Below, in pieces: positions 6,307 to 16,363 of a stretch of DNA of 36,981 nucleotides. The stretch is from Clostridia bacterium (lineage in GTDB: Bacteria; Bacillota; Clostridia; HGM11514). Within the stretch, counting starts at the first letter, position 1; every line of letters begins with the position of its first letter. The stretch is taken from the NCBI GenBank assembly GCA_045586685.1, contig JAZNAU010000018.1:1-36981 (forward strand), in the 5' to 3' direction. Under the pieces are notes generated by a model. That model had not been told where the DNA came from. It made no database searches and was given only the letters and a program-made list of their open reading frames with translations. A program made the translations under genes and the position numbers.

Positions 6307-9083
6307 ATTAACTTTGCCTTTCCAAGCATTTTATATAACATAACTGCAATATCTTCTCGTGTTACATTCTTTTTAGGATTAACAAAGTTTCCATTATCCT
6401 CTAAAATTCCATCATTGATACAGTATCCCATAGAAGACATAGCCCACACCGATATGCTGTCAAAATCCTCAAAATTGTCCAGTATCTCTTCTGCTGCAGC
6501 TACATCTATATCAGTTTTTATACCGGAAAGTTTTGCCGCACGCTCAACCATTGCAGCAGCTTCTTCAAGTGTGATTGTGCCTTGCGGATTAAACTCGCTG
6601 TGGGAAACACCTTTTACAATCCCGTAATGATATGCAGTTTTGATGTATGGCGCATACCATTCTTCAGCCTTTACATCTTCAAATTCCATGCCATCTTTTT
6701 GCGGAAGTCCCAATGCATTCACGATTATCGTTGCAAATTCTGCTCTTGTCATTGTAGCATAAGGGTCATAGCTTTCTTCTGTTTTTCCGTTTATTATGCC
6801 TCTTTCACAAAGAGCCTCAATTTCAGCTTTTCCTGTGCAATTTACAATGTCAGCAAAAGTTTTTCCTTTACTAATAACTTCTTTATATGTAATATCTTCA
6901 TTCTTTCCATCAAGACCAAATTCTGTTTTGGTATCATCATAATTGGAAGTGTCTTCTTTTTCTTCCTGTGAGCCACGTTCCTTTGTATAGTCATCCGTAT
7001 AGTACCACACAACTGTCGAATTTTTTGTCAGCCTTGTTTCACGGCAGCTTGTATTTTTGTATTTTCCATCAACTATAAACATCCAGCCTGAACGTGGTCC
7101 GTGGTCGAATTCGCCGTATCCGCCAATTTCGGAAACATATCCGTCAGCTTCAGTGAAGTCAACGCCTTCATCATCAAGAGCTTTTAAAAGAGCATCATAA
7201 ACAGTGTCGTTTTTATCTATGGTAACTTTTGTTGATACTAACGCATTGTATTTAGAAGCATTATTTTTATAAGTATATCCGTTTTCACAGTCATCGTCAT
7301 GAACCATTACCTTTACATTCACACGAATTTTACTTGAAACCGAATCGACACCTGACGAAATCTGTCTTTGATTCACTGTAATTTTACATACTGCAGGAAC
7401 AATATTTTTTGCTTCGGTATATGCTACTGCATAATATGTGCCAGTCCGAGACTGTGAAGTTGAAATTTCTACTTTGCCATCTTCATCGGTAGTAAGAACC
7501 TCGGCTGTAGTTCCTAAAAGCATAATTTTTGCACCTGCATAAGGAGATGAAATCTGATTCCAATTTTCATCATACCCAAGAGCATTTAATGTCAGTGTAA
7601 CGGAAGAACCTTTATCTACCGATACTGTATTTTCGCTAAAGTATGAATAAGCATCACTCCAGTACGTTGTGTCGTAATAATTAAATGCAGTGAGATAGTC
7701 ACCATCGCTTACAACATCGTGCAAGCTCCAACAACTTGTATTGTTTAAGTAATAACCGGAAGCCGCCGAAACTCCGGGTGTACCTTTACCCCAAAGAATT
7801 GCAAGAGACAAGCCGTAGTCACCAACAAAAGTGCTATAACCTGTTTCTGCACCGCCGTCGTATAGAGCTTCGTGTGTTGCATATAAAGCCTCATCAACGG
7901 TAAGTGTGCCATTTCTGTCCCGGTCAGAAACTGTCACCTTTGCCTGCGCAACATATTCTCCATTTTTGTCAGTAACAATATCTCCGTCATCCACGATGGT
8001 CACAAATACATCAACAGGCTCAGCCTCATTTTCTTCAGGAGCAGGGTCTTGTGTGCCCGCTAGGTCATTATATGCTTGACCGTCTGTGCCAAAGTCCCAG
8101 TATAAAACACTATCCTTGTGAATCTTTCTGTATGCATCATATGCCTGCATAATCTGATATGTGGCAAGTGTATTAACAGAATCTCCAAAAAGGTAGCCGT
8201 TTCCTTCGGTATTATGGTAACTTTCAAGAGAAGTAATAATATTTTCCTGTTCGTCAGCACCAAAACCGTTAGCAGGGTCAGTGACATCAATTCCAAGAGT
8301 AGAAAGCGTCAATAAAACTTGTGCCGTAGTATTCGGATTATCGTCATAATCCCAATCCTCAGAAATAGTGTCTCTAAGGAAAACAATGGCTTTATCAATG
8401 GCGGTTTCTACGGCTGGTTCATCTTTATATGGAGCTAGAGCTTGTACACAGATTGCAGTCATATCAACATCTGTATTTTCTGTGTCAAACAAACCAAAGC
8501 CGCCACTTTCTGTCTGGAATGTCAAAAGCCTATTAACAATATCACTTTTACTCCATGTAGCATCTTGCGGAATTTCTGCGCCTGAAGCATAAAGTGCTAA
8601 AAGAGAATATGCAAGTTCGTTTGTTCCGCTTTCAAGTTGGGTACTATTGCAAATAAAATTGATTAGATTAAGGCCTTCAATATCTGCAGGGTTCATATCC
8701 ATAACGGTAAAAGCAATTACTGCTTTTGCTGCATCTGTAGGCTTAACATTTGCATGCCAGCCTTTAACAGTTTCTTTTAAAGAACAGGTGTATTCTTCAA
8801 GAATAGAAGAAGTAACGCTTTTTTTGCCGCGAAGCAATGTTATAATAGCCCAATCAGAGCCAAATCCAACGCCCGAATCATTATGCATTTCTGTCAGTTT
8901 TTCGCTGAGGTACGCTTCTGCACTTCCGATGCCCCGACTTATGACATCATAGATGTCGCCTTCTGCAACCTCGCAACTGTCTGCAAGGCAATCTGTCATT
9001 TGCACGCTTGCGAGTGATACTGTTGATGTACCGATAATTATAACTATCGACAACAACAAGCATAAAAGTTTTTTGAATTTCAT
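6303..9083 (-). CDS. S-layer-homology (3xSLH) surface protein with prenyltransferase-like alpha-barrel and DUF4430 domains; probable cobamide-binding protein
   Basis: Signal peptide MKFKKLLCLL...; Q..SGGFG..DVDMTAICVQAL alpha-barrel repeats; YVSEIGGYGEFD..SGWMFIVDG (DUF4430); three SLH repeats (e.g. GIING...TRAEFA). RBS AAAGGA before ATG 9083. Confidence 0.85.
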   Translation of the reverse strand: MKFKKLLCLLLSIVIIIGTSTVSLASVQMTDCLADSCEVAEGDIYDVISRGIGSAEAYLSEKLTEMHNDSGVGFGSDWAIITLLRGKKSVTSSILEEYTCSLKETVKGWHANVKPTDAAKAVIAFTVMDMNPADIEGLNLINFICNSTQLESGTNELAYSLLALYASGAEIPQDATWSKSDIVNRLLTFQTESGGFGLFDTENTDVDMTAICVQALAPYKDEPAVETAIDKAIVFLRDTISEDWDYDDNPNTTAQVLLTLSTLGIDVTDPANGFGADEQENIITSLESYHNTEGNGYLFGDSVNTLATYQIMQAYDAYRKIHKDSVLYWDFGTDGQAYNDLAGTQDPAPEENEAEPVDVFVTIVDDGDIVTDKNGEYVAQAKVTVSDRDRNGTLTVDEALYATHEALYDGGAETGYSTFVGDYGLSLAILWGKGTPGVSAASGYYLNNTSCWSLHDVVSDGDYLTAFNYYDTTYWSDAYSYFSENTVSVDKGSSVTLTLNALGYDENWNQISSPYAGAKIMLLGTTAEVLTTDEDGKVEISTSQSRTGTYYAVAYTEAKNIVPAVCKITVNQRQISSGVDSVSSKIRVNVKVMVHDDDCENGYTYKNNASKYNALVSTKVTIDKNDTVYDALLKALDDEGVDFTEADGYVSEIGGYGEFDHGPRSGWMFIVDGKYKNTSCRETRLTKNSTVVWYYTDDYTKERGSQEEKEDTSNYDDTKTEFGLDGKNEDITYKEVISKGKTFADIVNCTGKAEIEALCERGIINGKTEESYDPYATMTRAEFATIIVNALGLPQKDGMEFEDVKAEEWYAPYIKTAYHYGIVKGVSHSEFNPQGTITLEEAAAMVERAAKLSGIKTDIDVAAAEEILDNFEDFDSISVWAMSSMGYCINDGILEDNGNFVNPKKNVTREDIAVMLYKMLGKAKLI

Positions 9084-9116
9084 TTTTTCAATTCCTTTCT
9101 TTTTTGCCGAACAAAT

Positions 9117-9159
9117 AAAAAAGCTACGGCAATTTTTGTTGTAAAAAATCACCACAGCT
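9117..9159 (-). terminator. riboswitch expression-platform attenuator
   Basis: Minus strand agctgtggtgattttt-tacaac-aaaaattgccgtagct followed by a U run, between aptamer and RBS. Confidence 0.65.
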
Positions 9160-9261
9160 GAGTTTTCCTGTGAGTATCACAATTTGCATCAAAGAATAGA
9201 GCTCCAGATATTTTTGGATACAAAAACATTATTCCTATGCAAATGAGCACGTACGGAATAA

Positions 9262-9462
9262 CATCAAAGCAGGTCTTGTGACTCGCATCATATAGACAAT
9301 ATAGTCTGCATTTTCATATCCCGCCTTCTCAGTTTCCCAATGACTATCTTTCGATAATGGATATAAAAACTTCAATGCATACACCGACAGTTATCGTCCA
9401 GGATTCGCACCTGATTCCCTTTTCACCGACCATACCTAAGCGGTATAATCAACACTTTGTGT
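9262..9462 (-). ncRNA. cobalamin riboswitch
   Basis: Minus strand tgaaaagggaatcaggtgcgaatcctgg...cggtgta...cattgggaaactgagaaggc...gagtcacaagacctgc (B12 box); P1 caaag/ctttg. Confidence 0.93.
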
Positions 9463-9485
9463 GAGTTATTAAATTTTACTTAATT

Positions 9486-9514
9486 ATTATAGCATAGTAT
9501 TTTTTTAAAGTCAA
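9486..9514 (-). promoter_or_regulatory. sigma-A type promoter of riboswitch operon
   Basis: TTGACT (9514-9509), 17-bp spacer, TG-n-TATAAT (9491-9486). Confidence 0.85.
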
Positions 9515-9556
9515 TAAAAATATAAATCCTATTTTTAGGCAAAATTTTATTATGAG

Positions 9557-9578
9557 AAAGCAGAACCATAGAGATATT
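9557..9578. repeat. 22-bp direct repeat, right boundary of B12 module
   Basis: aaagcagaaccatagagatatt, 21/22 identical to 5562-5583. Confidence 0.85.
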
Positions 9579-9611
9579 AAAATTTTGTTTTGCATAAGCA
9601 AAACTACCTTA

Positions 9612-9704
9612 ACTTCTTCCTTATTCACTATTACCTATTACTTTCCAACAAATCCGTACTCAAATATTTTGAAGGAATAGTGAAGAGTGAATAGATAATA
9701 AGTA
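9612..9704. repeat. degenerate inverted heptamer-repeat element
   Basis: Left arm ttattca-ctattac-ctattac and right arm gaatagt-gaagagt-gaataga-taataag are roughly complementary. Confidence 0.5.
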
Positions 9705-9735
9705 AAAATCCGCACACTTTCGTGTACGGATTTTT
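9704..9735 (-). terminator. terminator of tRNA-Arg / glycosyltransferase operon
   Basis: aaaaatccgcacac-tttc-gtgtacggattttt immediately after the tRNA CCA. Confidence 0.8.
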
Positions 9736-9812
9736 TGGTACGCCTGACGCGATTCGAACGCACGACCTTCAGAGTCGGAGTCTGACGCTCTATCCAACTG
9801 AGCTACAGGCGC
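9736..9812 (-). tRNA. tRNA-Arg(CCG)
   Basis: gcgcctgtagctcagttggatagagcgtcagact-CCG-actctgaaggtcgtgcgttcgaatcgcgtcaggcgtacca; cloverleaf, 77 nt, encoded CCA. Confidence 0.97.
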
Positions 9813-9853
9813 AAATTATTGTTAAAAGAGAACAAAGCCTCTGAACAATCTTT

Positions 9854-10789
9854 TTATTGAATGGTGGAACGGAAGTAGTCGATCGTCTTTTTCAAACCTT
9901 CCTCCAACACAACCTCCGGTTGCCAACCAAGCTCTGTTTTTGCTCGGGTAATATCCGGTTTTCGTTTGCAGGGGTCATCCTGAGGCAAGGGCTCGTAAAT
10001 AAGCTTTGACTTACTTCCCGTCAACTCCAGCACCATTTGGGCAATTTCCTTAATGGTCATTTCTCTGGGATTTCCAAAATTAACAGGACCAATGATGTTC
10101 CCTTCCATCATGGCAATCATGCCACGAACCAAATCAGTGACAAAACAGAAGGAACGAGTTTGTTCGCCGGTACCGTAAATGGTAATATCCTGACCGCGAA
10201 GAGCCTGAACAACGAAGTTACTGACCACTCTGCCGTCATTTTCCATCATTCTTGGACCGTAAGTATTGAAAATACGAATGACACGGATATCAACACCGTA
10301 CTGACGGTGATAATCAAAAAACAAGGTTTCTGCGCAACGCTTTCCTTCGTCATAGCAAGAACGGATGCCAATGGGATTTACATTCCCCCAATAGCTTTCC
10401 ACTTGAGGATGAACCATAGGGTCGCCGTACACTTCACTGGTAGAAGCCTGTAAAATCTTTGCATTGCTCCGTTTCGCCAGTTCCAGCATATTGGAAGCGC
10501 CTACAACATTGGTATTAATCGTCTTTACAGGATTGTACTGATAATGCACGGGAGACGCAGGACACGCCAAATTGTAAATTTCATCAATTTCCACATCAAT
10601 AGAATTGATAATATCATGACGAATAATTTCAAAATAGGGATTACTCATCAAATGAGCCACATTTTCTTTTCTGCCGGTAAAAAAATTGTCAAGACAAATA
10701 ACCTCGCAGCCACGACGTAACAATTCTTCGCACAAATGAGAACCGATAAAACCGGCACCGCCTGTGACTAACACTCTTTTTCTAGACAT
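9854..10789 (-). CDS. uxs: UDP-glucuronate decarboxylase (UDP-xylose synthase), extended SDR
   Basis: [41 protein letters not shown] and DDP..RKPDI motifs of the UXS family. Confidence 0.9.
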   Translation of the reverse strand: MSRKRVLVTGGAGFIGSHLCEELLRRGCEVICLDNFFTGRKENVAHLMSNPYFEIIRHDIINSIDVEIDEIYNLACPASPVHYQYNPVKTINTNVVGASNMLELAKRSNAKILQASTSEVYGDPMVHPQVESYWGNVNPIGIRSCYDEGKRCAETLFFDYHRQYGVDIRVIRIFNTYGPRMMENDGRVVSNFVVQALRGQDITIYGTGEQTRSFCFVTDLVRGMIAMMEGNIIGPVNFGNPREMTIKEIAQMVLELTGSKSKLIYEPLPQDDPCKRKPDITRAKTELGWQPEVVLEEGLKKTIDYFRSTIQ

Positions 10790-10800
10790 ATCCTTCACCC

Positions 10801-11658
10801 CTACTCACGTTCTTGATTTTTTGCTTCTATTTTGTATCCTTTGGATTGATAAATCACGGACAGCAGAATCAACATTCCCACTACAGGAAACCGCCAGGTG
10901 CTTGCTTTCAGACTGTTCCAAAAAGACCACAGCCTTAACTTATAAAAACCGCCCACACTGCCCAGATTCTTTTTTATATGGTAATTTCCCCGCCCGCGGG
11001 TAATCTGCCAGCGAAGGAATCCCCCCAAGTCACCACGCTCCACGTGATACACAATCTGCTCTTTATTATACCATATCTTTTCTGATTTTGCAACTATTTT
11101 TTTTGAAAAATAGGTGTCTTCTCCACCGGGAACAGGGAAAGTGGTATTAAACCGTTCCATTTCATCGAAAAACCCTTTTCGGATTGCCAGATTACAACTG
11201 CTGATACTGTCGGTATACCCCTTTTCATCTACCTTCCACACCTTATCAAATCCTAAAATTCCGCCTCCCGGAAAACCCAAATATGCCACACAGGTACCAA
11301 AAAAGGTTTTGGCTTTTGTAATGGTGTTCCCCATAATCACATTCTCTTGCTCCAAACCCTTCATCACCTGTGATAGTGTTTGGGGTGCCAGTTCACAGTC
11401 AGAATCGGTAAAAAATAAATATTCGCTTTCACTAAGCTTGGCGCCATGATTTCGACATTTTGCCGGCCCGCCGTTTTGAGGCATCCGTTCTACCCGAAAT
11501 CGGGAATCCTGAAGTATTTGGTAATGGTCAAATTGAGAACAGTCATCCACTATTATCACTTCAAACTCCTGAAAAGTTTGATTGAGCAAAGATTGATACA
11601 ATACGGACAAATGCTCCTCCGACGTATTATAAGAAGGTACAATCACACTGACTTTCAT
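10801..11658 (-). CDS. family 2 glycosyltransferase
   Basis: [32 protein letters not shown] motifs. Confidence 0.9.
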   Translation of the reverse strand: MKVSVIVPSYNTSEEHLSVLYQSLLNQTFQEFEVIIVDDCSQFDHYQILQDSRFRVERMPQNGGPAKCRNHGAKLSESEYLFFTDSDCELAPQTLSQVMKGLEQENVIMGNTITKAKTFFGTCVAYLGFPGGGILGFDKVWKVDEKGYTDSISSCNLAIRKGFFDEMERFNTTFPVPGGEDTYFSKKIVAKSEKIWYNKEQIVYHVERGDLGGFLRWQITRGRGNYHIKKNLGSVGGFYKLRLWSFWNSLKASTWRFPVVGMLILLSVIYQSKGYKIEAKNQERE

Positions 11659-11671
11659 TGTTTTATCCTTT

Positions 11672-13054
11672 CTATTCAGCACCGTTTCCGGTGAGAACCG
11701 TCCACAGGGTACGAAACAGTATTTTTATATCAAGGGTTAAGGACCAACGGTCGATATACTGCACATCCAGATTATAAATCTCTTCAAAATCAGTAATATC
11801 GTTTCTTCCGCTCACCTGCCACATTCCGGTCAATCCAGGCTTGATGGAAAGTCTTCTGCGGTGATACAATTCATACTCCTCCACCTCATCTACTGTAGGC
11901 GGACGGGTTCCCACCAGACTCATATCTCCCCGAAGCACATTCCAAAACTGCGGAAATTCATCCAAGCTTGTTTTTCTCAAAAACTTTCCGATAGGCGTTA
12001 CACGGGGGTCATTTTTCATTTTAAATACCGCTCCGTTCAACTCATTGTACTCTTTTAATTCTTCTAACTTTTGGTCTGCATCTGCAACCATGGAACGGAA
12101 TTTATACATTTGAAAGATTCTTCCATTTTGCCCCACCCGCTTTTGTGAATAAAACACTGGACCCGGAGAGGTCAGCTTAATGACAGGAGCAATAACAACC
12201 GAAACAAGTCCTGTTAAAACCAAACCAAAAAGTCCTCCCACAATATCCAACGCCCGTTTTAACAATAGCTGGCTTTGATTCAGAGATACGGTATGGAAGG
12301 TTAGCATGGGAACCTCACCCAAATAGCTCAATTCTGTTTTCGAAAGGGTCAAATGATACCAATCCAACAGCAATCTTGCAGTAACCCCCAATTCCTCGCA
12401 TTTTTGTAAGTACGGCTCAATATTTCCCGCCCAATCCTTAGGCAAGAAAAAAAATACCTGATCGGCAGTATGTTGAATAACCAATTCCTGTAAATGCTCT
12501 ACATTTCCCAGTCCCGATTCATCCGTCAGACTTACATAGCCTACCACATGAAAAATCAAATCCTGTTCCTGACGGATTTTTTTCATGGTTTCTTTTACTT
12601 TTTCCGGATCCCCCACCGCCAATACACGGGTTGCACCTACATTATCCTTAATTTTTGCAGTAAAGAATCGACGCAGTACCAGTTTTTCCGCAAACAGAAA
12701 ACAAAAATCAATTCCCAAAAACAAAAAAAATAAAAGTCTGCTGAAGGCATCATCCCGCATTAAGAATACAGTAGAAGAAGAAATCAGCCCACAAATTCCA
12801 AATGCCTTTAACAGCCGAAATCGCAACTGTTTTGAGGTCTTTTTAGAATCGTAAAAACCAAACAGATACAGCGAAATAAACATACTGGGAATAAATACCA
12901 GCAAAATCCAAGTATAGGAAAGCAGACCAAACAGAGGATTATCTGTTTGGAAAACCTGACTTCTGATGAAGTAAGCCACTAAAAATGCAATAACAGTCAG
13001 AAAAAGGTCGATAGTCCCTATCATCATATTCACTGCTTTTTCCGTTGATTTCAT
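11672..13054 (-). CDS. undecaprenyl-phosphate sugar phosphotransferase (WcaJ/CpsE-type priming transferase)
   Basis: Four N-terminal TM helices; KRALDI, KFRSM, DPRVT, SLDEFPQ, VGTRP, PGLTG.WQV motifs. Confidence 0.93.
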   Translation of the reverse strand: MKSTEKAVNMMIGTIDLFLTVIAFLVAYFIRSQVFQTDNPLFGLLSYTWILLVFIPSMFISLYLFGFYDSKKTSKQLRFRLLKAFGICGLISSSTVFLMRDDAFSRLLFFLFLGIDFCFLFAEKLVLRRFFTAKIKDNVGATRVLAVGDPEKVKETMKKIRQEQDLIFHVVGYVSLTDESGLGNVEHLQELVIQHTADQVFFFLPKDWAGNIEPYLQKCEELGVTARLLLDWYHLTLSKTELSYLGEVPMLTFHTVSLNQSQLLLKRALDIVGGLFGLVLTGLVSVVIAPVIKLTSPGPVFYSQKRVGQNGRIFQMYKFRSMVADADQKLEELKEYNELNGAVFKMKNDPRVTPIGKFLRKTSLDEFPQFWNVLRGDMSLVGTRPPTVDEVEEYELYHRRRLSIKPGLTGMWQVSGRNDITDFEEIYNLDVQYIDRWSLTLDIKILFRTLWTVLTGNGAE

Positions 13055-14143
13055 CTATTTCCTGCTCCTTTCTGCTATGGTTGGATAAATTGCCAAAAGC
13101 TCCGCACCTGTTTTTTCCCAACTAAGTTGCTCTGCCCGTCTCTTCCCTGCAGCAATCAGTTCATCATTCTCGTAGGCATTAACAATTCCTTTCGCAAAAG
13201 AGGCCGCATCCTCAGGCGGACAAAGAATCGCCCCGTTGTCCAACACCTCAGGAAGAGAAGCCGCATTTGATGCTACCACCGGCACGCCGTAACTCATCGC
13301 CTCTAAGGGAGGTAATCCAAATCCCTCATAAAAAGAGGGAAACAAAAACACCTTCGCTTTTCTGTACCAACCTGCAAGCTGACGTTCGTTACAATATCCC
13401 GTAAAACGAATCCTATCCTTAAAGGGACTGTTTTCCGCATAATCAAAAATGGATTCATATCGCCAACCCGGCTTTCCTGCTATAATCAAAGGAAGGGTAA
13501 ATTCAGGATTTTTCTGCCACAACAGTTCCATGGCTTTGATTGCGGTTATCTGATTTTTTCTGGGTTCAATGGTCCCTACGCACAAGACGCAAGGCTCTCC
13601 GTCTTCATCGCTATCAAAAGCGGAGTCCGTTCCCAACAGAATCGGAAAAACCTTTTCTTCTGACAGGGTAACATATCGCAGTAGCTCCCCCTTGGTAAAT
13701 TCCGAAACGGTAATCACCCCTGACGCACGCTTACAAGACAGGGGCAATAAGGTTTTTTTCGTAAAACTCATGGATTTTGTAAAGTAGTCCTCCGACGCAA
13801 AAAAACTCACATCATGCACCGTTACACAAATAGGTGCATTTACTTTTTGTAACGGAGTTACATAATCTAAAAAATGAATTAAATCATACTGTTCCCGATT
13901 CAAAATATTTCTAAATCCCGTCAGTTCAAAAAGCAATCTTTTTTTACTGGAAGAAAAACTACCCGGAGCTATAAATTTCATCTGCTCCGAGTCGTAAAAC
14001 AAATCCTTTACTGTACCATTGACATAAACCGTAAACTGATGCTCTCCCGGATTTTTCTGCAGTTCCCGAATGACATGCCATGCATAGTTTCCGACTCCCG
14101 CTTTTGTTTCCGACATAGTCAGAGCATTAAGGGCAATCTTCAT
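13055..14143 (-). CDS. family 4 glycosyltransferase (MtfB-like)
   Basis: TVHD, VGTIEPRKN, FPSFYEGFGLPPLEAM. Confidence 0.92.
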   Translation of the reverse strand: MKIALNALTMSETKAGVGNYAWHVIRELQKNPGEHQFTVYVNGTVKDLFYDSEQMKFIAPGSFSSSKKRLLFELTGFRNILNREQYDLIHFLDYVTPLQKVNAPICVTVHDVSFFASEDYFTKSMSFTKKTLLPLSCKRASGVITVSEFTKGELLRYVTLSEEKVFPILLGTDSAFDSDEDGEPCVLCVGTIEPRKNQITAIKAMELLWQKNPEFTLPLIIAGKPGWRYESIFDYAENSPFKDRIRFTGYCNERQLAGWYRKAKVFLFPSFYEGFGLPPLEAMSYGVPVVASNAASLPEVLDNGAILCPPEDAASFAKGIVNAYENDELIAAGKRRAEQLSWEKTGAELLAIYPTIAERSRK

Positions 14144-15228
14144 TTCCCTGCCTCCTCCAATGCGGCATTGACTGCTGCGGTAAAGCTTTTATCAAAGATA
14201 TCCTTACTAAACCTCAAGGCATTTTCGCGAATTTTTTCTTTAGAAAATTTCATGGATTCAAACCTCAAAATTGCATCACACAAGGAATCTACCGTTTGTT
14301 CTTCAAAAAAGATTCCCGTTTCTCCGTTCTTAACCGTTTCTAATGCTCCGCCTTTGCCGTATGCAATGACAGGTCTTCCGCAGGCTTGTGCTTCTACAGG
14401 TGTAATACCAAAATCTTCCTCACCGGGAAACAAAAATGCTTTACAATTCTGATAATACTGACGCAACTCCTCATCAGAACATCGTCCCACAAAGGTGGTA
14501 TGCGTTCCTGCCAGCTTACGCAGTTTCTTTTTTTCTCCGCCTGTCCCAGATACAATCAATTTTCGCCCTAACCGTTCGCAGGCTGAAATTGCCAAGTCAA
14601 TCCGCTTATAGTTTACAAAACGGGACGCAATAAAATAATAATCCTCTGTGGGTTGCTCAATGGGTGTGTAAAAATCCGTATTTCCAAAGGGATAAACAAC
14701 CGTACTTTCCCTCCGATAATGCTTTTTAATCCGTCGGCTGACATTTTTGGAATTTGCCATAAATGCATCCACCCGCATGGAAGAAAGAGCATCCCACATT
14801 CTGATTTTATGCATATAATGAGGAATCAACCACCGAAACAAGGGGGAGGCATGATTTTTATACTCAAAATAAAAGTCCCAGGCATAGCGCATGGGAGTTG
14901 CGCAAAAGCATATATGAACCGTATCCGCACGGGTCAGAACACCTTTGGCACAGCAAGTAGAAGAAGAAATTACCAAATCATATTCGGACAAATCAAAAGA
15001 CTCCACCGCTTTTGGAAAAAATGGCAGATATTTATTGTACAATTTGTCTGCAAAGGGAAACTTCTGAATATAAGAAGGTCTCACATTGGAAAACACTTTC
15101 CCCATAGTTTTTTCACGGAAAACTATCGTATAAATAGGAGCATCGGGATAAAGCTCCGTAATCCGCTTTAATACTTGCTCCGCACCTCCAAAATTGGTCA
15201 GCCAATCATGTACAATCGCAACTTTCAT
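14140..15228 (-). CDS. family 4 glycosyltransferase (WbaZ-like)
   Basis: [35 protein letters not shown]; RBS AGGAG before ATG 15228. Confidence 0.92.
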   Translation of the reverse strand: MKVAIVHDWLTNFGGAEQVLKRITELYPDAPIYTIVFREKTMGKVFSNVRPSYIQKFPFADKLYNKYLPFFPKAVESFDLSEYDLVISSSTCCAKGVLTRADTVHICFCATPMRYAWDFYFEYKNHASPLFRWLIPHYMHKIRMWDALSSMRVDAFMANSKNVSRRIKKHYRRESTVVYPFGNTDFYTPIEQPTEDYYFIASRFVNYKRIDLAISACERLGRKLIVSGTGGEKKKLRKLAGTHTTFVGRCSDEELRQYYQNCKAFLFPGEEDFGITPVEAQACGRPVIAYGKGGALETVKNGETGIFFEEQTVDSLCDAILRFESMKFSKEKIRENALRFSKDIFDKSFTAAVNAALEEAGK

Positions 15229-15238
15229 ATCATTTCTC

Positions 15239-16363
15239 CTATAATTCCTTGTATATTTCAAACACTTTATCCGTCGCCTGTTCCCAGGTAAATTGTTTCA
15301 CATGCTCAAACCCTTGTTTGATACAGGATTCGCGCAAATCACTCTCGGTCAAAATCCGTTCCATAGCATCTGCCAGTTGCTCTGAATCCTTCGGATTCAC
15401 CAGCACAGCGGCACTTCCCGTTACTTCCGGAAGGCACGAACAATCAGAGGTAATCACAGGCACACCGCACGCCATCGCCTCAAGGGGCGGGATTCCAAAC
15501 CCTTCATACAGAGAGGGAAACACAAAGGCTTTCGCTCCTGAATACAGTTTTGGTAAATCCTCCGAGGGCAAGTACCCTGTAAATACCACATCCTGTTCCA
15601 ACCCATATTCTTTCACTTTTTCAAAAATCGTATCGTATTCCCAACCTCTGGCACCGCCAAGCACCAGCTTGCAATCCCCAATTTTTGGTTTAACAATACG
15701 GTAGCTTTCCAACAGTCCAAGTAAATTTTTCCTAGGCTCCAATGTGCCCAAATACAAAAAATAATCCTTAGGCAGTCCTGACAGTCTATCTGTGACGGGA
15801 CGGAACCGATTTTGGTCGACTCCGTTATATACCACCCGAATTTTTTCCTTGGGCAGATTCATCTGGTCAATCAATTCCTGCTTCACAGTTTCCGAAACAG
15901 TAATAATCACATCCGCATCCTGACAGGAGCGTTCCAAATGCATTTTCAGTCTTCTGTAGTTTCGTTTCTCCATGGTTTCCGGAAAATTCAAATACACCAA
16001 ATCATGAACCGTATTCACAATTTTTCCGGGCACCCTTGGCGGAACCACAAAATTAAAAAAATGATAAATATCTGCAGTTGTACCAAACACCTGTCCCAAA
16101 CCAAGTCGGGGCAGTTTATTCCACAGTTCCACATATATTCCGTAGGGAAGAAGATTGTTCTGCACAATTTTTGTTTCAGGAATCCGTTCTCCCAACACTT
16201 CCCCGCTGCCCCGCCGTTTTAAAAAGTCATACAACAGCAAGGTACAGTCAAGTTCCTCTCGTCCGCAAAGACGGGAAGCAATCTCCAAAGCATGAACCCC
16301 TACCCCGCTTAATCGAGGGGACGCAATGGGGTATGCATCAAAAGCAATTTTCAAAGAAATCAC
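15239..16363 (-). CDS. family 4 glycosyltransferase (MtfB-like)
   Basis: [30 protein letters not shown]; start may be TTG at 16354. Confidence 0.92.
   Translation of the reverse strand: MISLKIAFDAYPIASPRLSGVGVHALEIASRLCGREELDCTLLLYDFLKRRGSGEVLGERIPETKIVQNNLLPYGIYVELWNKLPRLGLGQVFGTTADIYHFFNFVVPPRVPGKIVNTVHDLVYLNFPETMEKRNYRRLKMHLERSCQDADVIITVSETVKQELIDQMNLPKEKIRVVYNGVDQNRFRPVTDRLSGLPKDYFLYLGTLEPRKNLLGLLESYRIVKPKIGDCKLVLGGARGWEYDTIFEKVKEYGLEQDVVFTGYLPSEDLPKLYSGAKAFVFPSLYEGFGIPPLEAMACGVPVITSDCSCLPEVTGSAAVLVNPKDSEQLADAMERILTESDLRESCIKQGFEHVKQFTWEQATDKVFEIYKEL

Noticed and set aside
9736-9760. Duplicated tRNA-Arg 3' end (classic attL/attR)
   Set aside because: No second copy of the tRNA 3' sequence and no integrase seen in the window.
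12446-12735. A8 tracts in the priming transferase gene as phase-variation sites
   Set aside because: Short tracts expected in AT-rich Phe-coding DNA; the reading frame is intact.
14653-15171. 172-aa antisense ORF and the many other antisense/alternate-frame ORFs in the track
   Set aside because: Shadow ORFs of well-supported genes, with no motifs or RBS.
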